64,000 nucleotides of DNA, taken from the NCBI GenBank assembly GCA_965219545.1, contig CBDCNX010000022.1, positions 474 through 64,473 of the forward strand. Reading direction: 5' to 3'. The stretch is from Bdellovibrionales bacterium. GTDB lineage: Bacteria; Bdellovibrionota; Bdellovibrionia; Bdellovibrionales; JAGQZY01. Made by a program: the position numbers and the translations under genes. Each line of letters begins with the position of its first letter. Position 1 is the stretch's first letter. Below the pieces are notes generated by a model. It made no database searches. It worked only from the letters and a program-made list of their open reading frames with translations, and had not been told where the DNA came from. Below are positions 21,622-32,409 of this stretch, in pieces.

Positions 21622-22985
21622 TTAGAGTATGTAATCGTCTGGATTATTTATTTTATTTATCAGGAAATCATAGGCGGCTTATTTTTTTAAATTCCTCTTC
21701 CGCTTCTGGAGAAGGGTTACGATCCGGATGCCATTTCATTGCTTTTCGTCGGAAAGCCTTTTTTTATTTGTTCTGGAGAACTATGGCGAGGTATTGACAA
21801 AAGCTCATAAGGATCTTCATCATATTCGAATTTCTTTTTGAGTTTAATCTCTCTTCTCAACCTTTCTTTCAGTTCTTCTTCCTGTTTTTCTCTTTCCACT
21901 CTTCTCTGTTCTGCCTCTGCTCTTTCCCTTTCCAGCCTTCTTTGTCTTGCCTCTGTCGCTCTTCTTTGTCCCGCTGCTTCGGCTCTTTTTGTTTCTTCTC
22001 TTCTTGTTTTTCGACGAATGTTTTTATAAATAACTTCCTTTACAACGGCAGTGCCTCCTCCTCCTATGACCATACTGCCGATAGAGGCAATGTTTCCACA
22101 GGCCAGTTCAGCCAGATATTGACCACTTGAACATTGGTATCGCTTTTTCAGACGGGCAATGAGTTTCTCTATGTCCTCTTTTTTCCCTCCATTGGCGGCA
22201 GAGTCTTTTTCATCAGTGATGGATATCTCCCCCTTTTGAATTTTTTCCAAAGCAGCCAGAAACTTTTCTTCCCTTTGACTTAATTTTCTATTTATTTCTG
22301 GATATTTTCGTGAAAGCCATTTTAAGTGCCTTTCCTTTTGTTCAGGATTCGAGGAAAAATTTTCTTCTCCCAATTTCCATTCTTCTTCATATTTTTTTTC
22401 TTTGAATCTGAATGAGTATTTCCCGGGCTCTTCTTCGTGCACCAGAGAGAAACTGGACACAGGTTTTTGATCTCTTTTGTATGTCGGCTAATTTTTTATC
22501 ATGATAAGAGGCATAGACTGTCCAGGCTGTATTCAATGCAGTTTCATGGTTTTCCTGACAGGATTTGTTGACAGATTCCATTTCTTTTAAAATTCCGTAT
22601 ACAGCACCCCCTATAGCCACAACTCCGGCTGTGGCACCCACTGCCATTGTTGCAGATATTCCAAGCAAACCCAGTCCCTTGGCAGCCCCATAAAGCACAG
22701 CACCTGTTGCCACTTCAATCATCACATTCTCACCTGCCGCTTTCAGGCAGGTCACTCTGATTTGTTTGCCTGTTTCAGAACAGTTCAGGAAGTACTCACG
22801 GGGAACTTCAGGTGAAGAATCAATCATTTTCTGGCATTGATATTTTACAAAATGCGATTGACAATTTGATTGTTCAAGTGAAATGGGGTGTGGTGTCTCG
22901 TTGCTATTGTCTGTTAGTTCCGCATAGCTTGTTTCGGAGAAGAGTGGAGGAAAGAAGAGAAGAAAGAGAAGAATTTTTTTTTCAA
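21622..22985 (-). CDS. secreted protein with Gly/Ala-rich hydrophobic hairpin, coiled coil and C-terminal J-domain (several frameshifts)
   Basis: reconstructed [20 protein letters not shown] signal; ORFs 22387-22827 and 21717-22460; DPYELL...[18 protein letters not shown]...AAYDFL. Confidence 0.6.
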
Positions 22986-23378
22986 ATGAAGTCTTTGCGG
23001 AAGATATCTACACCGTTGGAGACATTGTTGTTCAGAGTATTGATGGAGAAGAGGTGCCGATTTACGAAGTGGTACCGGACCCAGCGAATGCTGATACCAG
23101 TATTTGGGATATGGAACCAATTGGAACCTTGGAAACTAAGAAGGAGTATCTGGTTGTTAGTATGGTTAAAGTCCAGGTTTTTTTTGAGGCTTCTTGTTTA
23201 TTTTGCAGGGCTCCTCAGAGGGTTTACTCAAAGTTAGTAGATTATGATGAAGCTGTTTCATATTTAAGTGAAAATGGACTCAATTTTATTCAGACAGAAG
23301 CACTTGTGGTTTTGGTCTCGCAAGGTATTATTAACCTCAGGTCCATTCCAGGAATCTTTTGGATTTATTCTGGTAATA

Positions 23379-23450
23379 TACTAAAGATCATTTATTTTTC
23401 ATGCTATTTCCATAGAGAAATTCCATGAAAACTCAAACACGATCAGTATA
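23379..23450 (+). repeat. TATA-ended MITE-like repeat (family A); inverted copy at 62667-62738, partial copies elsewhere
   Basis: ...gaaattccatgaaaactcaaacacgatcagtata; related ends near 7404, 10330, 14185, 23565, 23614, 25321 and 33558. Confidence 0.8.
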
Positions 23451-23765
23451 TCTATGAAAAAGGAAAGGAACCGGATGATTATAAGGGGCTTAGACTCAAA
23501 AACTTAATAATTGAAACAGACTTTTATCCAGGAAGGCCGGACAGGAATTACAGGATTTTGCTTATTGATCGTGTTTGAAATTTCTGATTATGGAGATAGT
23601 GTCTTTGAAGGATAAAACTCAAATATGATCAGTATAAATAAAAGAGCTTTCAGATCGTTTTTAAAATCAGTACAAAACAAAAAATTTCCTGAAAACGGTA
23701 TGAAAAACAAAAGTTTTGTGTTCAATAAAGGTTAAACCGGACAGCATAAATACCGATAGGTCATT

Positions 23766-25196
23766 ATGGGATCAAACTTAGCGGAAAAACGTGACATTCT
23801 GGAAACCTGTCAGCAGACTTTAAACCTTGAAAAAAGGCGTTTGGGTCGATCGGGGATCATGGTTTCCCCCATTGGATTTGGAAGTCTCAGACTCACCCCT
23901 GAAGATGGGATTTACAGGGAAACTCTTTATAAAGCCCTTCAAAGCGGAATCCATTTTGTTGATACCAGTGGAACTTACGGTAATGGAGCCTCTGAAATTG
24001 TCATTGGTGAGGTCATTAGGGAATATCTCAGTGAGGAGCCGGAACAAAAGGATTCCATTGTTCTTTGTACAAAAATGGGTCTGGTTCAGGGTTCCACTCT
24101 CCAGGAAATAAAGAAACAGAAAAAAATCAATCAGGAGGGTTGTTACAGGATTTCAGAGAAGCTGTCCTATTGTCTGACTCCGGAATTTATGGAGTCCCAG
24201 ATATCTCTTTCAATCAGACGTTTGCAGACAGACAAGGTCCATCTGGTTCTTTTGCAAAGTCCTGAATATTTAATCAAACTGTTACACACAAAAAAGGCTT
24301 TTAAACAGTATCTCAAAAGGGCTTTTGAGCATTTGGAAGTGGAAGTGACCCGTGGAAGGATTGACCACTATGGAATCAGTTCTTCAGCCTTTCTGAACAA
24401 GGATATTTCAAAGAATTTTTTGAACCTCGGTGAAATCTTTGATCTGGCCCGAAGTATTTCGGAAGATCATCATTTCTCGGTGGTTCAGGTTCCCTTTAAT
24501 CTTTTTGAAACCTCCGCCCTGTTTATCCAGAACCAGGAAAGATTGACTTTTTTTGAGGCGGCGGGGAAACATGATCTTGGAATTTTATCCTGTCGTCCCC
24601 TGACAAGCAGGCATCGGAACAAGGTGTATCATTTCATCACTTTTTCAGGAAAGGATGAGGTGTCCATTAAAGGGCATCTCCACAAGACCCTTGTGGATGT
24701 TATAGGGCTTGAAAAAATTCTTTTTAAAAAAAGACCTCAACATAAAAATCTCAACTGGGGTCATCAACTCAAAAAAAATCTCAATGAGATCAGTGATTGG
24801 TGGCAATGGAAAAATTACATGAAAAGACATATTCTGCCTTCCATCGAAAAAGGAATTGAAGGTCTTCCTGAGAATCAGGAATGGAATCATTGGAAAATTC
24901 ACTATGTGAACCACACTCACAACCTCTTTACACTCATCACTGACAGTTTGCAGGGAATTGCCAATCTGAGAACAAATCAGATTTCCCATTACCTTGATGA
25001 ACAATGTCCTTCATTGGTTGGGGATCCAAAACTTTCCAATAAAGTGACAAGACTTTATCTCTCACTTCCCCAAATCAGTTCCATTGTCATAGGTCTTTCC
25101 CATCCAAAACACATGGACGATCTTTTGGGTCTTGGTCCTGCACCTAAAGAGAGCAGAGCCAGGCAGATTCTTGGAAAAATAGGAATGTATTTTTAA
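23766..25196 (+). CDS. aldo/keto reductase family protein
   Basis: RRLGRSGIMVSPIGFG, FVDTSGTYGNGASE, TKMG, QVPFNL. Confidence 0.85.
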   Translation: MGSNLAEKRDILETCQQTLNLEKRRLGRSGIMVSPIGFGSLRLTPEDGIYRETLYKALQSGIHFVDTSGTYGNGASEIVIGEVIREYLSEEPEQKDSIVLCTKMGLVQGSTLQEIKKQKKINQEGCYRISEKLSYCLTPEFMESQISLSIRRLQTDKVHLVLLQSPEYLIKLLHTKKAFKQYLKRAFEHLEVEVTRGRIDHYGISSSAFLNKDISKNFLNLGEIFDLARSISEDHHFSVVQVPFNLFETSALFIQNQERLTFFEAAGKHDLGILSCRPLTSRHRNKVYHFITFSGKDEVSIKGHLHKTLVDVIGLEKILFKKRPQHKNLNWGHQLKKNLNEISDWWQWKNYMKRHILPSIEKGIEGLPENQEWNHWKIHYVNHTHNLFTLITDSLQGIANLRTNQISHYLDEQCPSLVGDPKLSNKVTRLYLSLPQISSIVIGLSHPKHMDDLLGLGPAPKESRARQILGKIGMYF

Positions 25197-25448
25197 CATG
25201 ATTCATCAAAGATGTGAAAAGATTTATAGGATAAACCCCAGACTTTTGTATGGAAAGACTGAATATCAAACGAAAGAACAGACTTTGAGATAATATTTCA
25301 TTGATTTTTGAGGGTCATGGTATACTGATTTCGTTTAAATTTTTGGGAAATTTCTCTATGAAGATCATTTGTTCTATGCTGGATTTCTTTCCTAAGAATC
25401 TTTGGTTTAAGACAAATGGATTCACCGTGAGAAACAAAAGGCCTTAAA

Positions 25449-27053
25449 ATGAAAACCTCTTTAAAGGGGGAAAATGTGAAATGGATTTCGGTTTTTCCGG
25501 TTTTTTTTCTCTGCGTTTCCTGTTCCAGTCTTTTGGAAAAATCAGGGGGGCAAGAGGGAACTGAACCTCATTGGTCCTATGTTCAGGAGGACGAGTTCTC
25601 CACTGATCTCTCCCTGATACTTGCCCAGAAACGGGCTGTGGATCGCATTCTCAATAAAGATAAAGACCCTGTTGAAGAGAAAAAAAATCAAAAAAAATCA
25701 GATTCCATCGTTAAGTATATTCTTGATACAAGAGCCAGTCACCCCAAGGTGAGAAAGTGGATAAAATACTATTGTGGAGAGGACAGGGAGCGTTTTCAAC
25801 GTTTTCTCAATCGTGGGGTCCGGTACAAAAAGATGGTTCAGGAGATTTTTGCAAGTCAGGGTTTACCCCCTGATCTCTATTATCTTGGTATTCTTGAAAG
25901 TGGTTATTCAAAAAAGGCGGTGTCCAGGGCCGGTGCCGTGGGTCCCTGGCAATTTATGGCTCCAACCGGTCGGGAGTACGGTTTGAGAATCAATAACCAT
26001 GTGGATGAAAGAATGGATCCCATACGGTCCACTATGGCTGCCAGTCGTTATTTAAAGGAACTTTATCGTCAGAAAAAATCATGGTCTCTGGCCCTTGCGG
26101 CATACAATGCGGGGCCTGGAAGAGTGAGAAAGGCCATCCGTCGGGGGACCTCCAAGAATTACTGGAATCTGACCCGCCGTCGCCTTCTTCCCTATGACAC
26201 CAGAGAGTATGTTCCCCAGTTTCTGGCCATTCTTTACATTGGAAAGAATCTTGAAAAGTTTGATTTTCATGAAAAACCCGGGGAAGGTTTTCCGTTTCTT
26301 GAACTGGTCAAAGTCCCAAGTCCTCTGAAAATTGCACAAATAGCAAAGGTGACCGGCCTTTCCCCAAAGTGGATTCAGAAAAACAACCCCCATCTGTTAA
26401 GAAAGATCACCCCTCCGGGAACAAAAAGTTATTCACTTTGGGTGAAGCCAAAGAACAAACAGCTTTTTGCTGACAATTACCAGACCCTTTCCAGGTATCG
26501 TCTTAAGGGCTTAAAAGTCAGACGCTTTATTTCCTCTTACAGAAAGAAACGGAAGTATTATCATGTGAAAAGAGGGGACAATCTTTCCACCATTGCCCGC
26601 CGCCATGGTGTTTCCCTAAAGAGTCTTAAAAAGATAAACGCCCTTAAATCCAATCGTATCTATGCGGGTCAGAAAATAAAGCTGCGTTATGCAGGGAGGT
26701 CATCCTCTTACAGAAAGAAACGGAAGTATTATCGTGTGAAAAGAGGGGACAATCTTTCCACCATTGCCCGCCGCCATGGTGTTTCCCTAAAGAGTCTTAA
26801 AAAGATAAACGCCCTTAAATCCAATCGTATTTATGCGGGTCAGAAAATAGAATTGCGTCATGCCGGAAGGACATCCTCTTACAATCGTAAAAAGAAAATG
26901 CATCGTTATCGTATTCGTCTTGGTGACAATCTCCACAAAATATCCAGAAAATTTGGTCTGACAATTCAACAGATCAAGAAAATGAACAATCTGAAAACCG
27001 ATAAGATCGTGCAGGGCAAGTATCTTCTTGTTGCCTCAAAATCCGGAAAATGA
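25449..27053 (+). CDS. mltD: lytic murein transglycosylase MltD-like lipoprotein with three C-terminal LysM domains
   Basis: ILESGY, AVGPWQFM, ALAAYNAG SLT motifs; three (V/I)(K/R)xGDNL LysM repeats. Confidence 0.88.
   Translation: MKTSLKGENVKWISVFPVFFLCVSCSSLLEKSGGQEGTEPHWSYVQEDEFSTDLSLILAQKRAVDRILNKDKDPVEEKKNQKKSDSIVKYILDTRASHPKVRKWIKYYCGEDRERFQRFLNRGVRYKKMVQEIFASQGLPPDLYYLGILESGYSKKAVSRAGAVGPWQFMAPTGREYGLRINNHVDERMDPIRSTMAASRYLKELYRQKKSWSLALAAYNAGPGRVRKAIRRGTSKNYWNLTRRRLLPYDTREYVPQFLAILYIGKNLEKFDFHEKPGEGFPFLELVKVPSPLKIAQIAKVTGLSPKWIQKNNPHLLRKITPPGTKSYSLWVKPKNKQLFADNYQTLSRYRLKGLKVRRFISSYRKKRKYYHVKRGDNLSTIARRHGVSLKSLKKINALKSNRIYAGQKIKLRYAGRSSSYRKKRKYYRVKRGDNLSTIARRHGVSLKSLKKINALKSNRIYAGQKIELRHAGRTSSYNRKKKMHRYRIRLGDNLHKISRKFGLTIQQIKKMNNLKTDKIVQGKYLLVASKSGK
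26532..26882 (+). repeat. 171-bp near-identical tandem duplication of a LysM unit
   Basis: tcctcttac recurs at 26532, 26703 and 26874, and the first two units are almost identical. Confidence 0.9.
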
Positions 27054-27191
27054 CAGACAATGGTCTTTTTTTGTTTTTGCCTTAATCTCTTAAAACCTTG
27101 CAAATTCTGAATCAAAAATAAATAAATTAAATATCAGTTTTGGGGCTGTTCCATATGCTCCCGAAGCAGATCCATGATTTCCTCGAAAGTC

Positions 27192-28208
27192 TTAAGATCT
27201 CATCCGTGTTGGACATATTTTGATAAAAGTTTCAATTAACTCAGGGATCAAAATGACAAAAAAGTATTGAAAGGGGACAAATTCAAATCCGAGAAATAAA
27301 TAGATGCAAATGTGAAATAAGACGGCTATTGCTCCATAGAGGAGTCTTGTTTTTTTTAATAGAAAGCCTATAGGGGCTGTTGATTCAAATACCCATACCC
27401 CAATGTTTAAAAACCATATTAAATAAAAATTTTGTGTGGCTAACCAGTATCCATGGGAGAGAGGCTCTATTTGGGATTGAAACAACAGGTAAGACTGTAA
27501 GGTGTATCCATTGATCCATTGAAGTCCCGAAGTCATTAATTTGCAGTAAAAACTTCCAAAATAGCTGATTCCCATTGTCAGAATAACAAGTAATCTCGGC
27601 CATTGGGGGTAAGTAAAGTTTTGGTTGGACAGATATTTTTTGTCTTTTGAGTGGATTTGCCTGATCCAAAAAGAACCTGTCCATCTCGGGTTGGATGGAG
27701 CGGCCAACCATATTAAGAAAATAAAAACGATGATATTCGCACTGTGATAAACATAAGGATCATTTTCTGTTCGCAGGAATCCATAAAGATACCCTTTAAA
27801 AAGAAAAAAACTTATGCCTGAAAGGGCTAAAAAAATTTTTTGAAAAAACAGACCCAATACACTGAGAAGTGATGAGCCAATAAAGATAATTTTCAGGAAA
27901 TCAAAGAATTCTTTCAGGGAAAGGGTCACAGGCAGAAGTTCATTAATAAAATTTTTTACCCGGTACGGGTCTGGAATATGAAAAAATTCAAACAGGGGGA
28001 GGGAATAATACGTCTGTACAAATTGACTTGAACAATTCGTATAGTAAACATATCTTATAGTAATAAAGGAAAACAGAATCCCAAACAATCCCCAGTACCA
28101 GTCGGGCTCTCCGGAAGACAAAAGTTTATTTGTTTGTTGTTTAATAGAGCAATCGTTCATATTGTTTCCCTTTAAGGAAAAATACTTTTTATATTTAATG
28201 AAGGTCAT
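27192..28208 (-). CDS. HTTM-like polytopic membrane protein
   Basis: about 7 TM helices; YFGSFYCKLMTSGLQWING and FHICI motifs. Confidence 0.6.
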   Translation of the reverse strand: MTFIKYKKYFSLKGNNMNDCSIKQQTNKLLSSGEPDWYWGLFGILFSFITIRYVYYTNCSSQFVQTYYSLPLFEFFHIPDPYRVKNFINELLPVTLSLKEFFDFLKIIFIGSSLLSVLGLFFQKIFLALSGISFFLFKGYLYGFLRTENDPYVYHSANIIVFIFLIWLAAPSNPRWTGSFWIRQIHSKDKKYLSNQNFTYPQWPRLLVILTMGISYFGSFYCKLMTSGLQWINGYTLQSYLLFQSQIEPLSHGYWLATQNFYLIWFLNIGVWVFESTAPIGFLLKKTRLLYGAIAVLFHICIYLFLGFEFVPFQYFFVILIPELIETFIKICPTRMRS

Positions 28209-28629
28209 ATTCTTTTTCTGGTGTATAGACAGGTTTGTACAGATTTTTCTTCGTTTCCTTAAATGTCACTTTCATCACGACAAATTTTACAGGTGTTAAA
28301 TTTTCTGCAATCATTTTATGTTTCACCTTTTTGACAGCTTTTGATTTAATCAATTTTTTCAAATATGAGTCTAATTCATCTGGTTTGAGTTCGTGGATGG
28401 CTTGATCAAAGTACTCCCTGTCAAAGCCGAAATACCGTTTCTTGAATGGGTCAAAATATTCTCCGTTTGACAACTTGAAATAAGGCACACGAACGGATAT
28501 ATTTTTTGGGTAATTGGCATTTTGGAATACTCCGTAGTCACTGAAAGGCCAGGATTCAATACGGGCGAATATACAAAAAAATAACGAGCCAATATAAAGG
28601 ACACTAAAAACAATCTGAAATGGTTTCAC
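28195..28629 (-). CDS. membrane-anchored partner of the HTTM protein
   Basis: N-terminal TM followed by WPFSDYGVF; directly upstream of and overlapping the HTTM ORF. Confidence 0.55.
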   Translation of the reverse strand: MKPFQIVFSVLYIGSLFFCIFARIESWPFSDYGVFQNANYPKNISVRVPYFKLSNGEYFDPFKKRYFGFDREYFDQAIHELKPDELDSYLKKLIKSKAVKKVKHKMIAENLTPVKFVVMKVTFKETKKNLYKPVYTPEKEYDLH

Positions 28630-28786
28630 TTTGTTTGGCCTTATTCAGGATTTTTTTGCACACAAAACAGGATAAATTGAATCCTCTTTTTTTGCAACAG
28701 AAGAGCGGAAGTCTGGAGTAAACAGATCACTGCAAAAATCAGATCGTCGGAAGGTTCACCATACAAACTGTAAATTTCAGAACCAA

Positions 28787-29950
28787 TTAGCTGTTTTTCA
28801 GTTCCAGTTTGGCAATGGTTTGTTTTTGCATATTGCTGGTTCCCTCGTAAATCTGGCCGATCTTGGCATCCCGCCAGAATTTTTCCACCGGGTACTCTGT
28901 GGTAAAACCGTTGCCTCCAAAAAGATCAATGGCTGCTGAGGTGATGGCTTCAGCAGCCTGTGAGGAATAAAGTTTGGCCATGGCCGCCTCTTTAATAAAA
29001 CTTTGACCTGAATCCTTCAAACGGGCTGCATTGTAAACCATAAGTCTGGCAGCTTCCAGTTGGGTTCTCATTTCCGCCAATTGAAACTGGACCCCCTGAA
29101 AATGGGAGAGGGTTTTTCCGAATTGTTCCCGTTTCTGGATATAATTGAGAGCGGCTTCATAGGCTCCACGGGCAATGCCAAGCATTTGGGCTCCGATACC
29201 AATACGACCCTCATTGAGGGTTTCAATGGCAATTTTGTAACCCTTACCCATTTCACCGAGAATATAATCTTTTGAAACCTCACAGTTTTCAAAGAGGAGT
29301 TCACAGGTGGAACTGGCCCGAATTCCCAGTTTATCCTCTTTTTTCCCAACACTGAATCCGGGGGTGTTTTTTTCAATCACAAAACAGGTGATTCCCTTAT
29401 AACCGAGTTCCGGCTTCGCATTGGCAAAAACAAGAAAGAGGTCCGCCTCCTGGGCATTGGTGATCCAGAGCTTGTGACCATTGAGTCTGAACCTGTTTCC
29501 TTCGGGGCTGGCTTTGAGATTCAGGGCAAAGGCATCAGAGCCGCTTCCGCTTTCAGAAAGGGCGTAAGCACCGACACAGTCGGAGGAAAGTTTTGGTAAA
29601 TATTTTTTTTGAAGTTCGGGATTTGCATAATTCAGAAAGGCGTTTGTCACAAGGGTGTTTTGGACATCCACAAGGACACTGACGGACCCGTCAATGCGTC
29701 CCAATTCTTCAATGGCGATGCAGGCGATGGTGAAAGTGCTGGCTGAACCTCCGAAGTCTTCAGGGGATTCGATGCCCATAAGTCCCATTTCAAAAAGTTG
29801 TTTGATAATATCCGGGTCAATCTTTTGATTTTTGTCCATTTCCCGGATTTTGGGTTTGATGACTGATTCCCCGAAATCACGGATAGCCATACGGAAGGTT
29901 TGTTCCTCTTCACTCCAGGTGGTGATAGCCGGGTGATTCATAAAGACCAT
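28787..29950 (-). CDS. acyl-CoA dehydrogenase (short/branched-chain type)
   Basis: ALSESGSGSDA, KLWITN, KLGIRAS, REQFGK, QIYEGTSNMQ. Confidence 0.95.
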   Translation of the reverse strand: MVFMNHPAITTWSEEEQTFRMAIRDFGESVIKPKIREMDKNQKIDPDIIKQLFEMGLMGIESPEDFGGSASTFTIACIAIEELGRIDGSVSVLVDVQNTLVTNAFLNYANPELQKKYLPKLSSDCVGAYALSESGSGSDAFALNLKASPEGNRFRLNGHKLWITNAQEADLFLVFANAKPELGYKGITCFVIEKNTPGFSVGKKEDKLGIRASSTCELLFENCEVSKDYILGEMGKGYKIAIETLNEGRIGIGAQMLGIARGAYEAALNYIQKREQFGKTLSHFQGVQFQLAEMRTQLEAARLMVYNAARLKDSGQSFIKEAAMAKLYSSQAAEAITSAAIDLFGGNGFTTEYPVEKFWRDAKIGQIYEGTSNMQKQTIAKLELKNS

Positions 29951-30067
29951 TTGTTTTCACAATAAACCATTTGTTTTTCGTATTATTTCCAGGAAAACCC
30001 CGTGGAAATTCAAGTAGGGCCAATATAGTTGAAAATGGTATAGAAAGTCAAATTCAAAAGTTTAAAG

Positions 30068-30113
30068 TTTGTGGGCTTTAAGTTAGACTTTTTGTGGGCT
30101 TTAAGTTAGACTT
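30068..30113 (+). repeat. 23-bp tandem duplication upstream of the site-2 protease gene
   Basis: tttgtgggctttaagttagactt x2. Confidence 0.85.
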
Positions 30114-30118
30114 TCCCC

Positions 30119-30775
30119 ATGAATATTGAGGAGAGTTTTGTTAAATTGGGATTGTTTTTCATCCCTTTTCTTTTTTCCCTTTGTTTTCATGAGTTCGCCC
30201 ACGGTTTTGTGGCAAAAATTCGGGGAGACAACACGGCGGAAATGATGGGGCGTTTGACCATGAACCCCATGGCCCATTTGGACTGGATTGGAACGGTGGG
30301 GCTTCCCGTTATGGCGATTTTGTTTGGGTTTCCCCTTTTTGGCTGGGCCAAGCCTGTTCCTGTCAATCCGAGGAATTTAAAGGATGCCAAAAATGATATG
30401 TTCTGGGTGGCTCTTGCGGGACCTCTTTCCAATGTTTTATTGTTTTTTGTCGGTTTATTATTGTTTTATTTTTTTGTTCATTTTGCAGGAATCAAATCCG
30501 GCAAATCCCCTGAGATACAAATGGTTATTATGTTTTTGAGTATCAACCTGTATTTGGCTTTTTTCAATATGTTACCCCTTCACCCCCTGGACGGGGGAAA
30601 GGTTTTTGAGCGTTTTTTACCCCGTCACTGGAACTGTTGGCTGGAAGACCACCAGTATGAGCTTAATATCGCCCTTTTGGTGTTGATTCTCGTTGGTGGA
30701 CTTCGTTATATGGCTATTCCAGTGAATTATATTATTTATACATCCATTTCTTTTGTTCTGGGAGGTGCTTCGTGA
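30119..30775 (+). CDS. site-2 protease (M50)
   Basis: HEFAH, AGPLSN, NMLPLHPLDGG. Confidence 0.93.
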   Translation: MNIEESFVKLGLFFIPFLFSLCFHEFAHGFVAKIRGDNTAEMMGRLTMNPMAHLDWIGTVGLPVMAILFGFPLFGWAKPVPVNPRNLKDAKNDMFWVALAGPLSNVLLFFVGLLLFYFFVHFAGIKSGKSPEIQMVIMFLSINLYLAFFNMLPLHPLDGGKVFERFLPRHWNCWLEDHQYELNIALLVLILVGGLRYMAIPVNYIIYTSISFVLGGAS

Positions 30776-31557
30776 GTCTGTCCATTCAGATTCCCCAGTT
30801 TGAAGGTCCTTTGGGGCTTCTCCTCTATCTTATTCGTAAAGAGGAAATGAATATTTTTGACATTGATGTGCGACTTATCACTTCCCAGTATCTGGAGTAC
30901 ATAAAAAAAATGAAACAATTTGATCTGGAGGTGGCCGGAGACTTTATTGCCATGGCGGCCACTCTGATTCAGATCAAGTCAAAAATGCTTCTTCCGGTTT
31001 CCCCTGAGGAATCGGACGGGGAGGGGGAGAACGAGGATCCCAGGGAAACCCTCGTTGAGCGTCTTCTGGAGTACCAGCGTTTTCAGGAAGTTTCAAAAAA
31101 ACTTTATGATCGTTCTCTTTTAAACAGGGACGTTTTTAAAAGAAATCAGAGAGAGATTTTTGAAAACAGACAGGAATCTGAAATTGTTATTGATGAGAAC
31201 GCCTTGTTTTCCCTGATGGCCTGTTATGTGAATTCCATTCGTAAAATGAAAAGGGCTGTTCATCGGGTGGTCAAAAAGACCCGTTCCATTGCCAGCCGTA
31301 TTTTTGAAATCAGGGACCGTTTTATTGTCAATCAGAAGATCACACTCAGGGAACTTGTTGATCGTGGAAAGGATTTTAAGGAAGAGCTTCTTGTCACTTT
31401 TCTTTCCTGTCTTGAATTGGGTAAGATGGGTTTTATCTCCATATATCAATCCAAAACTTATGGTGATATTTATTTAACGGGTAAGCGTCAAATCGATGGT
31501 GACGTGGTGACCCGGGTAGGGGAGTACAGTGGAAACGATGAACAAAATCAGGATTGA
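30772..31557 (+). CDS. scpA: segregation and condensation protein A
   Basis: FEGPLGLLLYLI, AATLIQIKSKMLLP, VTFLSCLEL. Confidence 0.93.
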   Translation: MSLSIQIPQFEGPLGLLLYLIRKEEMNIFDIDVRLITSQYLEYIKKMKQFDLEVAGDFIAMAATLIQIKSKMLLPVSPEESDGEGENEDPRETLVERLLEYQRFQEVSKKLYDRSLLNRDVFKRNQREIFENRQESEIVIDENALFSLMACYVNSIRKMKRAVHRVVKKTRSIASRIFEIRDRFIVNQKITLRELVDRGKDFKEELLVTFLSCLELGKMGFISIYQSKTYGDIYLTGKRQIDGDVVTRVGEYSGNDEQNQD

Positions 31558-32362
31558 AGAAAATTCTGCCGGTGAAAAGAAAAATCATTCGCTGGGGGAT
31601 GTCGGAACAAAATCTGTTTCCAAATCCCTTGTTTTTTCCATTCTGGAAAGTCTGCTTTTTTCTTCGGATAAACCTGTGGGTCTTGCCGCCTTTAAACAGG
31701 TGTTTGAAGACACTCCTGTTGATATTAAGGATATTAAAAAAGCTCTTGAGGAACTTAAATCTTTTTACCAGGATTCCTCCCGTGGGGTCAGCCTTGAAGA
31801 AATTAATGGTGGATGGCAGTTGCGAACCAAGGTTGAAAACAGGGAATTTTTAAAGAAACTCACCCGGCCAAAAGCCTTCAGACTTTCCGGTCCGGCCCTT
31901 GAAGTGCTTTCAATTGTTGCTTACAGGCAACCCATTATCAAAAGTGAGGTGGATCGGGTTCGGGGGGTGGAGTCAGGTCATCTTATGCGGTCTCTTATGG
32001 AAAAAAAGCTGATTTCCTTTCAGGGTAAAAGTGATCTTCCCGGTAAACCTCTACAGTACGGGACCACGGCAAAATTTCTTGAAGTTTTTGGGTTGAAAAA
32101 TTTAAAGGGACTTCCCAGTCTTGAGGATATGGATCAGTTGTTACCCGATGGAATGGGGGGTGAGGATCAAACAGATGCAAAACTCAGTGACATCATCACC
32201 GATGAAATGTTCCTGACTCACGGGGATTCTGATCTTTATGGGGAAAAGGAGTTAATGAATATAGGGAAAACCCTTAAAAAGATCAAAACCATGCCAAATC
32301 TTCCTGAACCAAGTCTTCCTGAAGAGGAAAAACCTGAAGAAAATAACACTTGTAAAAATTAA
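31529..32362 (+). CDS. scpB: segregation and condensation protein B
   Basis: LESLLFSS, ALEVLSIVAYRQP, RVRGV, YGTTAKFLEVFGL. Confidence 0.93.
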   Translation: METMNKIRIEENSAGEKKNHSLGDVGTKSVSKSLVFSILESLLFSSDKPVGLAAFKQVFEDTPVDIKDIKKALEELKSFYQDSSRGVSLEEINGGWQLRTKVENREFLKKLTRPKAFRLSGPALEVLSIVAYRQPIIKSEVDRVRGVESGHLMRSLMEKKLISFQGKSDLPGKPLQYGTTAKFLEVFGLKNLKGLPSLEDMDQLLPDGMGGEDQTDAKLSDIITDEMFLTHGDSDLYGEKELMNIGKTLKKIKTMPNLPEPSLPEEEKPEENNTCKN

Positions 32363-32409
32363 AGACTGGGGAGACTCGGCCTAATCAAATTGTTTTATCA
32401 GCACCACTC

